A DNA stretch of 64,000 nt from Macrostomum lignano. Lineage: Eukaryota. The notes below the pieces were generated by a model. The model did no database searches. It was not told where the DNA came from and saw only the letters and a list, made by a program, of their open reading frames with translations. The position numbers and the translations under genes were made by a program. Positions within the stretch are counted from its first letter, which is position 1. Every line of letters starts with the position of its first letter. This document shows positions 11,099-22,458 of this stretch, piece after piece. Location: positions 186,001 through 250,000 of the forward strand of contig NIVC01000955.1 of NCBI GenBank assembly GCA_002269645.1, in the 5' to 3' direction.

Positions 11099-14000
11099 AT
11101 GAATAAATCACTCCTACTTTATGCTGCAATATGGCTATACATGGACCTGTCTGTTCGTCATGCCTGCTGTCAGTCAATCATCAAAGTTGCAACCACTTAT
11201 TCTATGACCGGATCTGACGATACAAGAAGCCGAGACGAAGACGGCACAATGTACGGCGATGTTTACAATTGGGCCGACATGATTCAAAACTACATACAGC
11301 AGGTGGCATCAGATGGCATACAGCGCGACCAGACTCAAATGCTATTTGACCAGGCAACTTACAAGCTCGAGAATAAAGATGGCAGCAAAGTTATTCAAGA
11401 AGTCAATCGCGAATTGGGCGAATATTTTCGCAAGAAAAAAGAGTACGCTAAAAAGATTGCCAAGAAAGCAGCCGAAGTTTACGCCAGATATTACAAAGAG
11501 GTAAAGAACGGCACGCGAAAAATATCGACCAAGCTGCAGGATCTGCACCCGGACATCTACCGCGACTCAGACATTCCAAAGAAACTGAAAGACGTCGGCA
11601 TGACTCAGAAGGCTTTCTTCCGACAGAATATCACATACAATATTTCTACAATTAAAATAGCAGACGATGTACCGCGTGACTTAAACGAAACAATATTCAC
11701 GGTCGAATGGACGCATGAGCTGGAGAAGATATTTATAGAAAATTATAAAAAAGATCCGAGCATTCGATGGCAGTACTTTGGCTCCAGCGCAGGTGTTACT
11801 AGACTATTTCCTGGAAGAGAATGGAGTTCAAACTTCGTTGGCTTTTACACAGACTACGATCCAAGAATAAGACCGTGGTACATTGCTGCTACAAGTGGCC
11901 CAAAAGATGTTGTCATTGTGATAGACTGCAGTGCCAGCATGGCTGGAGAAAAGTTCGGCATCGCCAGATCAGTTGCCAAGGCAGTAATTAAGACACTTAC
12001 AAAGCAGGATTATTTAAATGTTGTTTGTGCACGAGCGAGCCACTGGGACGAAGTCGGCAAGTGGCACTCCTTCAAATCTGAAGTGCTTAGCTGTCAAGTG
12101 AACAAAATGGTACCAGCGACAATCGAGTTTAGAAAAGATCTGATGGAGAAAATTGATGGACTCATACCGGGCGGAACTAGCGAATTGGAGCACGGATTTC
12201 AAATGGCATTCGATCTTCTAAATTCTACAGCTAGAACTGGATGCTTATCTATTCTAATCTTTATTACGGATGGTAAAGATACCGATGGCGAGACAGTGCG
12301 TTGCGGACCAGGCTATTACACAAGATCTGGCTACGTGCCCGGTCCAGTATGCAAGTACAATTGGACACGGGTCTGGTCTATCGTCAACTCGACTAATCTT
12401 AATACAAGACCGCAAGCAAGAATATTCAGCTACCTCATTAAGGACGACGGTCAAATGTTCCCGGGTGCACTTGCCTGCAATCACAGTGGCAGTTTACGCA
12501 AATTAGAGAACGGCGAAAATCTAATCTCGCGTATGGATAACTATTTTGACTTTCTAGCTCGAATTTCTCCAAACACGGAAGGACTGTGGACCTCACCTTA
12601 TATTGACGCCTTTGGCCTAGGAACTATGGTTACACACGCTGTACCAGTAATTAGCAAAATTGAAGGGAGCAGGCAAAAAACCATCGGTGTGGTTGGAGTC
12701 GATGCCACGCTAGAAGAGATCGAAACTTATGTTACAAGAAAGCAATGGGGCTCAGTGACATCCTTCCTGATCGATAAAGAAGGACAAACTATCTACCATC
12801 CACTACTGAAAGGCAGTGCAACCCTGAAGGACGACCCAATATTCATTCACATTCAAAGGATGGAGCAAAGCAAAAAAGGCGTACCAAAAGAGTTTAACAC
12901 TGTGTTTCGCAATATGATAAGCGGAAAAACTGGTATGGTTGAAATAAAGAATGGTAGACGCGGCATTCCGAAAGGCGACCACAGGGCCGGAGTTAAGTAC
13001 GAAACAATGCCATTAGAGTACTACTACAGCAAAGTGAACGATACAGACTACTCAGTGGCCTTTGTTCTATCCAGGACCGATAAAGTGTACAGAAGATTGA
13101 TCGAGCCGAAGGTTGACTTTACATATCTAAAGCCTCGCAATACTAGCTACTTTAATCTGCTAATTGAATACAATAGCAGCAAAGTGCTCAGCGTCTATCC
13201 AAACGTTTTCAAATATTTAAACGTCAAATTTAACATGTCGAAATACTTGAAACTGCGAGTAACTGAGCTACACTCAAGCATATTCCTAGCCCCAAAGTGC
13301 TACTGCGAACCATTGGAATACTTTTTCGACGACGATCTTGCTGGTAAAACTCTCGAGGCGCACAAGTACATGACGGGTAACACGAGCGACGATAGCTGCG
13401 AAAATGGTAGCAGATACGAGAAAGGCGTGCGCGCCTATATTCTAGTGACGCAACCAATCGAAGAGAGATGGCGCGACAGGCAGTTCAGCTGGATAGACGA
13501 GGTTATCTGGACCTACGTCGGCATGCGCAGCGGCGTGTTCAGAACGTATCCCGGGCATCGGTCAGTAAGGTTGTACGATCCCACTACTCGGCCCTGGTAC
13601 AGTCGAACAAAGAGTTCGCCAACGAAGACTTCGATATCTACGCCGTACTTCGACTCGGCAGGCAGCGGTAAAATTATCACAATTTCTCAGGCCGTATTTG
13701 AAGGCATGGAGAATAAAAACCTATCCGATTGTGAAGTTTCAAACACGACAAAGGCCAAGCCAGGCGGCTGCCCATGTGAGGAAGGCATCGAGTGCATTAG
13801 CGGTTACTGCTACATTAGCGCGGCCAAGGGACCAAGCAGGGATATCGAACACGGCAAGCGGTGCGCAACAGAGCGCATCGAGGCTATTACAAGCTTAGAT
13901 CTCAACTACAATAACTTCCATCGGAAAGTCTATAATCTAATGCAAGCTTCGGACGGAGTTAAATCGTGCAACGCCAAATACACGTGTCCAGACGGCACTA

Positions 14001-14770
14001 AGAACAAGTGCAGTACGCTTTGCTATCTGTTTGACAATCGCGTCAACGTTATAATGGCACCGGACTTTATCTCCGCAACCGATCTGGACGAAGGCAAGTA
14101 TAAAGGCGTAACTTTGGGCCAGAAAGAGGGCGAAGTGATGATGAATCTTGTATTCCGACAGAGTCTAATCCAACGCGACGAGTCCGTAGATTTTCAGGGC
14201 ACTTGCAGTTTCACCGGCAGCGCGCCAAAGGTTACAATGAACGGCATACCGACTACACCTGAGGAGAGCGACGATCTATACAAAACCAGGGGCCCAATAC
14301 CGGGTTTCTCTAATTCGTATGGCTGCATCCAGGATGTAATCTCGTTTGAGGTAAACGAGACAGCACTAGGCAAAAGTCGCATGCTAGTTGGCAACGTCTC
14401 TGGACCCTGCATGCAAGGCTTCTATTACGTGACCTCGCTAAAGGACACAAACCTGTTTCTATTGGTCATTGAGAACTGGCGTGAGCGCAAGCTAAATGCA
14501 TTCGACTTCAATTGTAAACTAATGCGAAAACTGGTTGCATCTGGCGCTTATCGCATCATTAATGGAACCTGCGCCCACGAGAGTTCAGACGGCGGCGCAG
14601 AGAAGTACTGCCCGGCACTGCGCAATGTTACAATACCGTGCGACTTTAACTCAGCCATGAGGACAATTAGCAACCAAAAAATAACGCTGCTCGTCTGTAT
14701 AATGTCAATAGTCATCTTCCCTATAATCATGGAGCAGCCAGTGCGCTTTCACAACATCTACACAATCTAA
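11099..14770 (+). CDS. Voltage-gated calcium channel alpha2/delta-like protein (signal peptide, VWA_N, dCache, VWA with MIDAS, second dCache, hydrophobic C-terminus); single exon
   Basis: ATG at 11099 in AAAATG context gives signal peptide MNKSLLLYAAIWLY. Motifs: WQYFGS..G..R.FPG, YDPRIRPWY, KDVVIVIDCSASM (intact DxSxS MIDAS), FITDG, WTSPYIDAFGLG, GVVGVD, FLIDKEG..IYHP, YDPTTRPWY. C-terminal hydrophobic KITLLVCIMSIVIFPII (GPI-signal/TM-like). Confidence 0.92.
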   Translation: MNKSLLLYAAIWLYMDLSVRHACCQSIIKVATTYSMTGSDDTRSRDEDGTMYGDVYNWADMIQNYIQQVASDGIQRDQTQMLFDQATYKLENKDGSKVIQEVNRELGEYFRKKKEYAKKIAKKAAEVYARYYKEVKNGTRKISTKLQDLHPDIYRDSDIPKKLKDVGMTQKAFFRQNITYNISTIKIADDVPRDLNETIFTVEWTHELEKIFIENYKKDPSIRWQYFGSSAGVTRLFPGREWSSNFVGFYTDYDPRIRPWYIAATSGPKDVVIVIDCSASMAGEKFGIARSVAKAVIKTLTKQDYLNVVCARASHWDEVGKWHSFKSEVLSCQVNKMVPATIEFRKDLMEKIDGLIPGGTSELEHGFQMAFDLLNSTARTGCLSILIFITDGKDTDGETVRCGPGYYTRSGYVPGPVCKYNWTRVWSIVNSTNLNTRPQARIFSYLIKDDGQMFPGALACNHSGSLRKLENGENLISRMDNYFDFLARISPNTEGLWTSPYIDAFGLGTMVTHAVPVISKIEGSRQKTIGVVGVDATLEEIETYVTRKQWGSVTSFLIDKEGQTIYHPLLKGSATLKDDPIFIHIQRMEQSKKGVPKEFNTVFRNMISGKTGMVEIKNGRRGIPKGDHRAGVKYETMPLEYYYSKVNDTDYSVAFVLSRTDKVYRRLIEPKVDFTYLKPRNTSYFNLLIEYNSSKVLSVYPNVFKYLNVKFNMSKYLKLRVTELHSSIFLAPKCYCEPLEYFFDDDLAGKTLEAHKYMTGNTSDDSCENGSRYEKGVRAYILVTQPIEERWRDRQFSWIDEVIWTYVGMRSGVFRTYPGHRSVRLYDPTTRPWYSRTKSSPTKTSISTPYFDSAGSGKIITISQAVFEGMENKNLSDCEVSNTTKAKPGGCPCEEGIECISGYCYISAAKGPSRDIEHGKRCATERIEAITSLDLNYNNFHRKVYNLMQASDGVKSCNAKYTCPDGTKNKCSTLCYLFDNRVNVIMAPDFISATDLDEGKYKGVTLGQKEGEVMMNLVFRQSLIQRDESVDFQGTCSFTGSAPKVTMNGIPTTPEESDDLYKTRGPIPGFSNSYGCIQDVISFEVNETALGKSRMLVGNVSGPCMQGFYYVTSLKDTNLFLLVIENWRERKLNAFDFNCKLMRKLVASGAYRIINGTCAHESSDGGAEKYCPALRNVTIPCDFNSAMRTISNQKITLLVCIMSIVIFPIIMEQPVRFHNIYTI

Positions 14771-15703
14771 CAGAAATAATTTCAATCTATTAGGTTTCTA
14801 TGCAAGTGTAATTTATAACTTTTTCATTATCTCTATAGCTATTTTTGAGAAACTACCAATGAGCTTAGCTAATCAAGGAAAATATTAACGAATCTGACAA
14901 TATTTTATATTGTTACGAGTACCTTATAACCTGAAATTTATGTCTAATGAGCATGAATGATTTTAGAACAGATAAGATGATTGAATTTTGAAATCCTGAA
15001 TTTTGCTTATTTAAATATAATTTTTCATCTATAAATTATACCTTCATTCATGCTCTACAAACCGTTTTAGACAAGTTGCTTGTACAAAAAATACTTAATT
15101 TTTGTTAACTTAGATCAATTTTTTGTCGATGAATCCAAATAAAGTGTGTACCTAACCCATTGAAAGAAGCACTTTTAAACTTGTAAAATAATGTTTTTGT
15201 CTGCACACACAAGGATTTGTAACAACACAAATTAGTTTGATTGACAATGCGAATTTGCACAATTCAAAAATGAAATTTAATATAACATTATTACTTGCAT
15301 TAAAGTTATTACTTGCCACTTCAAATAAAATTCTAAATGCTGCTTCCTAGTTAGCAGAAAATACAAAAAACATTTTAAATGTTTGAAATGAATGGCTTAC
15401 TAATGAGACCACGAACACTACTATCAGTAGAAAAAGTAGAAAGTAAAAAACAGAAACAAATTTTTTGAGAAATGAGACAAAAAATGAATTTTTTACTTAC
15501 TTTTCTATGTACATTAGTACTGATAGAATGTTGAATTTGTTAATCAGGACCAGGTGTCTTAGAAGATCCGGCATATACACCCAAAGGTATCATCTCTTTT
15601 TATAGAAATTAACCTGAAATTACGATGGATAAGATGCAATTCCAAATGATACATAGACCTATCAAACTTTAAAAAATCAGGACACTACACAAATGATACA
15701 TAC

Positions 15704-15935
15704 CATACATGCGCAACCTCCAAATTTCGGTCGGCCGTGCGACTTAGTTTTAACAAAAATGCGACGTAGTTTTTGGCCAAAAATGCGACTTTCATGTAAA
15801 AAAAACCCGAAAGCAAAATTAACGCAACTTTGGGTAAACGGCAGGAGTAACTATGACTGTCTTATTAAGCCAAAATGCCTCGTCAGCTAGTTAGTACTAC
15901 TACTCGGCATTTTTGCCGACTGTTGCGCATGTATA
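15704..15935. mobile_element. 232-bp non-autonomous TIR element (hAT-type by its sibling at 24310) carrying a 28S rRNA-derived segment
   Basis: Left end CATACATGCGCAACCT (15704-15719); right end GTTGCGCATGTAT(A) (15922-15935). The left end is the exact reverse complement of 24356-24371. No clean TSD here. Confidence 0.7.
15832..15895 (+). pseudogene. Degenerate 28S rRNA fragment (helix 69 to 71 region, R2 insertion site); not a functional rRNA gene
   Basis: GGGTAAACGGCAGGAGTAACTATGACTGTCTTA matches the recalled conserved 28S GGGTAAACGGCGGGAGTAACTATGACTCTCTTA at 31/33. AGCCAAAATGCCTCGTCAGCTAGTTAGT matches AGCCAAATGCCTCGTCATCTAATTAGT with 1 insertion and 2 mismatches. Confidence 0.85.
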
Positions 15936-16306
15936 TAGTACCAGGTAGGAAAACTTTGGTGGGACAAAATATTTTAAAGCATGTATCTAGCATATTTTGA
16001 ATGCCCATTTTTATCAGCTTTGTAGTCTACACAAGCTTATACCACTAATTAAAAAAAAGAATTAAGACAATAATCAGTTTGTTTTGATAAAATCTTACCA
16101 AAATTTATACCACCTGACTAGATATATCTAGTAGCCCTAATCATGAAAACCATTAAAAACAAAAGATAGGGTATATATATATAATATGCAAGTGGTCTAG
16201 AAAGGTCTCCTAGATAACTGAGTTTTCTCTTCAGTAGGTTGATGAATAGGGCTAAACTTTAACCAGTTTAAATCTTGATCTACTAATAGTTTACCTAAAT
16301 ATCTTA

Positions 16307-17577
16307 TATTTGGTTGAAAAGAAAGTTCTTGCCCATTTTAAAAAAATGTAGTACAAGGAAAATTTTGAAGTTCTAGAACCTTCCATTGCTATAAAGAAGG
16401 ATGGGTAAGCATCATTTCATAATCATTGCCTTCTATTTTCTTCAGAATAGCACTAGAAAATGGAAATTTCAAAACTCTATATTTGTGGATGTTTGCTCTG
16501 ACTTTAAATCTGGTCTTAATGTGTTGGCAGCGGTATGTCACATTAACTCTGCATTTAGAGAGGGGACCATGTCTAACAGAACTGCCCAGGACTGTTTCTT
16601 TCATTTCTTCAATAGAAACTTTAAACTCGAAGACCAGCCCCAATCAGGTCAACCATTGGGGGTAGATGATGAGCAGCTGCACCAGCTCATAGAAGCCAAT
16701 CCCTAACAAACCTTGCATGAAATAGCAGATGTCCTTGGGGTACACCAGACCATCATTGATCATCTATGCTAGCTAGGTAAGGTGTACAAGGTGGCACAAT
16801 GGGTATCCCACCCACAACCTTACCAAGTTGGACCATTGGTGTCGCGCTGATGTTGCAATGTTTCTTCTATCTTACTATTGCACAATCCATTAGCTAACAT
16901 CCATAGTAATAGGTGACAAAAAGTAGTATTTATATACCAACATGAAAGGCTGTGCTTTGTGGGTGGATGAAAAAAATTGCCAAAACCACAGCTGAAAGCA
17001 CCACTCAAAAGTCAGGAAAGTGATGCTCAGTATCTAGTGGGACTGCAATGGCAATATAAGCTGACTGCAATATAAGCTACTGCCATTAAACCTGACAATT
17101 ATAGCTAATAAGTAATATTAGCAACTGGATGATTTGGCAGCAAAGATCAAAGAAAAATGCCAAAATCATGATCTGGTCTGTCTTTTTACAACAATGTGTG
17201 GCCGCATATGGTGAAGGTTACTTGGCAAAAGCTACTTGATCTAGGCTAAGAGGTTTTACCTCATCTACTTTATTAACTGGACCTTGCACCATCTGATTAC
17301 TACTTGTTCCTATCCTATCTAGCACCATGGCCAAGAAATTGTTCAATGATATGCATGAACTTAACCTTTGGCTGGACAACTTCTTTGCCTCAAAACAAGC
17401 TCTAAGTTCTATAAGGACAGCATCATGAGTCTACACAAATGATGGCAGAAAGTCATCAAATATGATGGCAATGAGCAACTTAAAATAACTTCACTTTGTG
17501 AAGTTGCTTCAGTTCTATAAAAACTTAATACAATTTAAGTTTTTCAAATTGGCAAGAACTTTCCCTTCAACTGAATA
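16307..17577 (+). mobile_element. Full-length but decayed mariner (Tc1/mariner) transposon
   Basis: About 1.27 kb. TIRs TA-TTTGGTTGAAAAGAAAGTTCTTGCC and the inverse AAATTGGCAAGAACTTTCCCTTCAACTGAA-TA. Transposase remnants include HINSAF.EGT, EDQPQSGQP, IEANP, decayed LHDNARPH and DLAPSDYYLF. Many stops and frameshifts. Confidence 0.9.
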
Positions 17578-18949
17578 TTTTTATCAATAAGCATGAAGTT
17601 ATAGCAGTTGTATTAAAAAGTATTTCATTATTTGACATATTTACTATATTTTAGCTTAAAGTATACATGTAAGATATCCTAGTAGACTGCTATCAATAGT
17701 CTTAGTAGCTTAAAAAAGGCTATAGACTTACATCAACAAGGGCTATTATGTTAAGCAATGACTAATAGCTTTTAGAGTATATTGATAATTTTGCTAAAAC
17801 CTTTGTGCTAGTGGTGTTTCCTGTACATTGAGAATCCCACCGCTGAGACACCAAGCTGTAACAGGGGTGTTGCTTCCCTTTTTAGCTATTCCCCTAATGC
17901 CACCAAGCTGTGCTAGGCCTCTTATCTCTGTCTTATAAAGTCCTAATTCTGAGCCTCTGCCTAGTCCTTATGCTGCCACCAAAGTTTTCAAAGGGGTGTT
18001 TCTTCTGTTTCTTCAAATGATTCCACAGCTGTCACTAAAATTGTCAAAGGGCTAAACTCCTGTTTTATAAATGTTGGTAACTGCCACCAGGATTATCCTA
18101 TTAATAAATTATGAGTTTAATCAATCTTAGAATAATCCAAGAATCATTTCTTAGAATTGATCTGAGTATATATCTTAGTATTTAGTCTGAGTATTATTCT
18201 TGCAAACTATTAGCCCTTAAAGATTTTATTCCTCTGTTATTCTGGTAGCATTTATTTGGATTCCAGTAGCGTTTGCTGTACTTTTGGCCTGAGTGGTCTG
18301 TTGGCTATACTGGTATATGTATACCTTGCAAGTCCTTGGCTATACTTTGCAAGTCCTTGGGCGTTACCGAGATCAGAGGGTCACAGCCTCCAGTTATTCT
18401 TACACGTATCACTTCAGATCTACTTCGTATTCTCTTACTACTCAATACTGCTGCTTCTCAATAGTATGTACTGTATACGCTTCAGTCTATTTTGCTTTTA
18501 CTTCTTAAAAGGAATTAACACAGAAAACACTTCTTCAATTCTTATTTTCTTGGAACTCTTACTATTCGCTATCAATCACCTATTGCGGAACCGCGATGCG
18601 CGAGGTTGGTTCTCCTCTGCTGAAATCGCTTCTATTAATACTAAAATTTGCTACAGTTTTAAACAAAAATTCGTTAGCGCAAAATATTATAGAAAATACG
18701 AGTATTAAAACAAAATATGTTTCTTAGTTTTGGCATGAATTCAAATTGACTAAATGGTGACTATTTTATAAAGAAATCGGGAGGGGCCTTGCACACCTTG
18801 ATGATTTAATAAAAAGAAAACATACCATGCTTTACTTACAAGTTAATGATTTTTGAAGCAAGTACAAGATTTTAAGTAAAAACCCAATGCAGAAAAAACT
18901 TAGTTTATTATCTGAAAGATCATTCTAGACCAAGGTTGGCAAACTTTCT

Positions 18950-19545
18950 ACCTTAGGGGCCAGATAAAGAATCTAGATCATTGCTATGGGCCAGATAAGC
19001 ATAGGAAAAGAAAGAATATGAAAGAAAAGATAAAGATAAAGATAAGAGATAGAAAGATGCTAAAGGGTCAAATAGAACTTTGACTCCTTGCTTGCTAAGC
19101 ATGCCAAGACTGCAAAGCCTTATAGTCTCCTTAGTGAGAGGTAAGAGCCAGGTCAACTCAATCCTACTAAGCTTGCACTCAAAATTTATATCTTTGCAAT
19201 TTAAGAGAAAGAATCCCAAGGAATAGCACTTAATTTGCCTCTACCCACTAAGACTGCTTCTCTAAATGATAATGGCTAACATTTGCACCTTGGCACCTTG
19301 CCTAGACTCTTAGATTCCAAGAGGGTTGCTAAAGTATATGCCCTGATGTCATCCTCAATATTGCATTTTTTGTTGTTTAGGAACATTGTTGAATCAACAT
19401 TGAGGAATCTGATATCAGAGCTACATGGCAGTTCAAGGCCACTCTAACCAATTACAATGGAGGAAAGGAATTAGGTTTCACTAGTCTCCCACTACTGTTG
19501 CTACCTTTCTCAAAATCAGCTTTATCAATGACCAAATAAGCCATG
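18950..19545 (-). pseudogene. Decayed coding-like relic of unknown origin (probably transposon-derived)
   Basis: Minus-strand frames give protein-like runs (e.g. NKKCNIEDDIRAYTLATLLESK) broken by stops; CpG depleted; no motif recognised. Confidence 0.25.
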
Positions 19546-19625
19546 GAACCTTAGCCTTGAAAGACTGCTAGCTGAATTTTAATTTGTGTATATATACTAA
19601 CTAATACACAAATGAGTAAAGACAA

Positions 19626-20594
19626 TACGAGGGTCATACCAAAAGTTTCAGCAATCAAATGATTTTTTGCCATAGACAACTTTTAGGACTACAGCACTTA
19701 TACCACATGAAAGATGAGCATATTTCGGGTGTGAGTAAGTTTTTAGCATTCTAGCTGCAAAATTCTGTTTTCTAAAGAACATTTTATCAGATACTAAATC
19801 AAACATTGGCCGACAATGATAAAATGGAATTTCCGTCAAACTTGGAGCAGCACTCATACATTAAAATGGAATGTCTTCGTGGTGTCCCTGCAGCTCAAAT
19901 TCACCATCAGTTGCTGCAGGCTCATGGGCCAAATGCGATGAGCCAGCGAGCCCGTGTACGACTGGTACAGTTGATTCAAGAATGGCCACTCTGATGTCAA
20001 GGATGACCCACGATCTGGAAGGCCAAAAGAAGCTCACACAGAGTCAAACAGTCAAACAGAGTTGATCCAAGGGCTGCTGAACATTGATCGCCATTAAACA
20101 TGCGAAGAAATGGCTGAGCTGTCCAGAATCCCCTCGTCAAGCTTTATTATTCACTATCTTTGGCCTGCCTTGTGCAAAAAGTGGCCACAGACCCTGGAAC
20201 TTGGTCCACTCCTTCTGCACGACAATGCCAGTTCGCACACAGCCCGCATTGTGCAGGACCTACTGTGGGACTACCAGTGGGAAGTGCTGCCTCATCCTCC
20301 TTACTCCCTAGACCTCAGTCCCTACGATTTCAACCTTTTTCCAAAGCTCAAGAACCAGCTCCAAGGGCATCATTTCCATTGCCTGGATGACCTATTTAGC
20401 GAGGTTGGCTGCATTGCAAAAGACCTGTGTGAATCTGGTGCTGCTGACGGTGTTTAGAAGTTGCCTGGCCACTGGGAGCGCACAATTCAAGTCAACGGAA
20501 GTTATTTTGAAGGTTTTTGACATGTTCATTGTTCTGACACTTGTTTGTTGAAAATTAATAGGCATTTGCTGAAACTTTTGGGATGACCCTTGTA
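19626..20594 (+). mobile_element. Internally deleted mariner transposon (969 bp)
   Basis: TIR TACGAGGGTCATACCAAAAGTTTCAGCAA versus inverse TACAAGGGTCATCCCAAAAGTTTCAGCAA, with TA ends. The N-terminal HTH remnant (DDPRSGRP) joins directly to LLHDNASSH...HPPYSLDLSPYDFNLFPKLK; the WVPH/first-Asp region is missing. Confidence 0.93.
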
Positions 20595-21023
20595 ATACCA
20601 TTGTCAATCTCTATAGAATCCTGAGATAGATCTGCAGCTCTTAACTGACCTGCAATATTCTTTTTATTATAGAAGATTTAAATGCTCCCCTTGCTGTTAA
20701 CAAACAGAAAAGATAAGAAAGGAGTACAATAAAAAGAAAAGTATAAAAAAGATCTTTTTCATTAATAAAATGTTTTGCAATTATAAGTGCAAATATTAAT
20801 TAAAAAAACCTTACAGATAATTTTTTAAAAGTTTAGTTTACCTTTTTTACTTAGATTTAGAAGTATATTACTAGGCCCTATCCAATGATATCATTAGTTA
20901 GGCCTATTTATATAATTATTTAAAATATTTGGATTTGTTAAAATTATTTCATAGTATTTTTGTAGAACTGCATACTGCTAGGCTTATAATCAGAAAATAT
21001 ATGCAATAGTTATATGTAACTTG

Positions 21024-21206
21024 TATCTTAATTTCAAGGCATATATATAGGCATATACATTGTAAATTATTATATAAGTGGTTATTTATACATACCTTAT
21101 ATACCTATAAATAACCTACTATAAATACCTATATATAAATAACCACTTATAATAATTTACAATTATTGGCCTATATATATAATATATATACCTTGAAATT
21201 AAGATA
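21024..21206. repeat. AT-rich foldback (imperfect ~180-bp palindrome, MITE-like)
   Basis: ATCTTAATTTCAAGG (21025) pairs with CCTTGAAATTAAGAT (21191); inner arms TTGTAAATTAT..ATAAGTGGTTATTTATA pair with TATAAATAACCACTTAT..ATAATTTACAA. Confidence 0.8.
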
Positions 21207-22194
21207 TGAATTTAATTAATAAAATTAGAACATATAAATTTATAGGTAAGTTGCATTTTTAGTCAAAAAATAAGTTGCATAGCTAATGTAAATCAGGGGA
21301 GTTGCACATATAATTAGTTAACAATAATTGACAAACTGTTATTTTAGTTGCATTAGTTAGTAGGCCTATGTATAATAGAAAGTTACAATTTAAAAAGATT
21401 TGGAAAAAAATGAATCAAAATAATGTGATGCTTATAATTATATGTGCAAGCAATAAAGTTCACAATTTTAAATTTCTTAAAGTTCTTATACAAAGACAAA
21501 GTTGTTATATTTTTATGCTTATTTGTTATAAACAATTTAAAAAGATTAATTAGGCATTTAAATAAAATAAAAAAAACTTTAGTAATGTTGCAACTTTTTG
21601 TCATCAAACTTATACTTTTGTTCTTTATTTGCATCTTGGCTATTGATATTGTCATTAACATTAATGACTTGTCAATGCTAAATTTGTTATTTAACTCACA
21701 AAAAATATTAACAAATTTATTAGGCCACTAATTTATTAGGGCCTAGCAGTCTAGCACAAAAAATCTGAACAGCAGTTCATTAATGTTAATGAAAAATCTT
21801 AATGCTTATCAACAATTATTAATAGATTAGGGCTGAATGCTAAATAGACTGGTGCCTATGTCTAACACTATAGATAGGCCTATAGCCCTATACACTATAA
21901 TCATAAAAAAATGTATACATTATGTTTGCACAAATTGCTTTTCAGTGAATCAGTGACAGTGATACAATGTAAATTTAAAAAATTCTATGATATTAGCTAT
22001 GTTTATTAGACAAAAGAGAGCAAGAGAGTTTGTATGTCATGCACATTGCACAGAGAATAGTAGGGCATATGCACAAGCACAATTAGGGTACATCGTACAT
22101 GTCAAATTGACTGGTACATATTATTTATGGTATCATACCTCCCAGTTTGAATATAAACAGTACCCTTTAGATTAGAAAACTATAGCACATAGTG

Positions 22195-22458
22195 GGCCTT
22201 TTCATATTACCTATTCCAGAACCAGAATCGGTTCGGAATTCCAAGAAAAACAGCAGTATAACTATTAAACTCTGTTAATATTTGACTGCCCTAACAACCT
22301 AACTTAGCACAATTTTTCACTTTCTTGTTGGCGATTGTCATTCAATAATAAAAACTTTATACTTATAGCACGTATTTCCCTCTAGTTATGGAGACAAAAA
22401 GTTATACTTCACAAATTGGTTCTGGTTCTGGAACCAGAACAAGCAATATGAAAAGGCC
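22195..22458. mobile_element. MITE with GGCCTTTTCATATT TIRs and inverted subterminal CCAGAACCAGAA motifs
   Basis: 14-bp exact TIR; subterminal TTCCAGAACCAGAA and TTCTGGTTCTGGAA. GGCC ends suggest PIF/Harbinger; TSD unclear. Confidence 0.65.
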
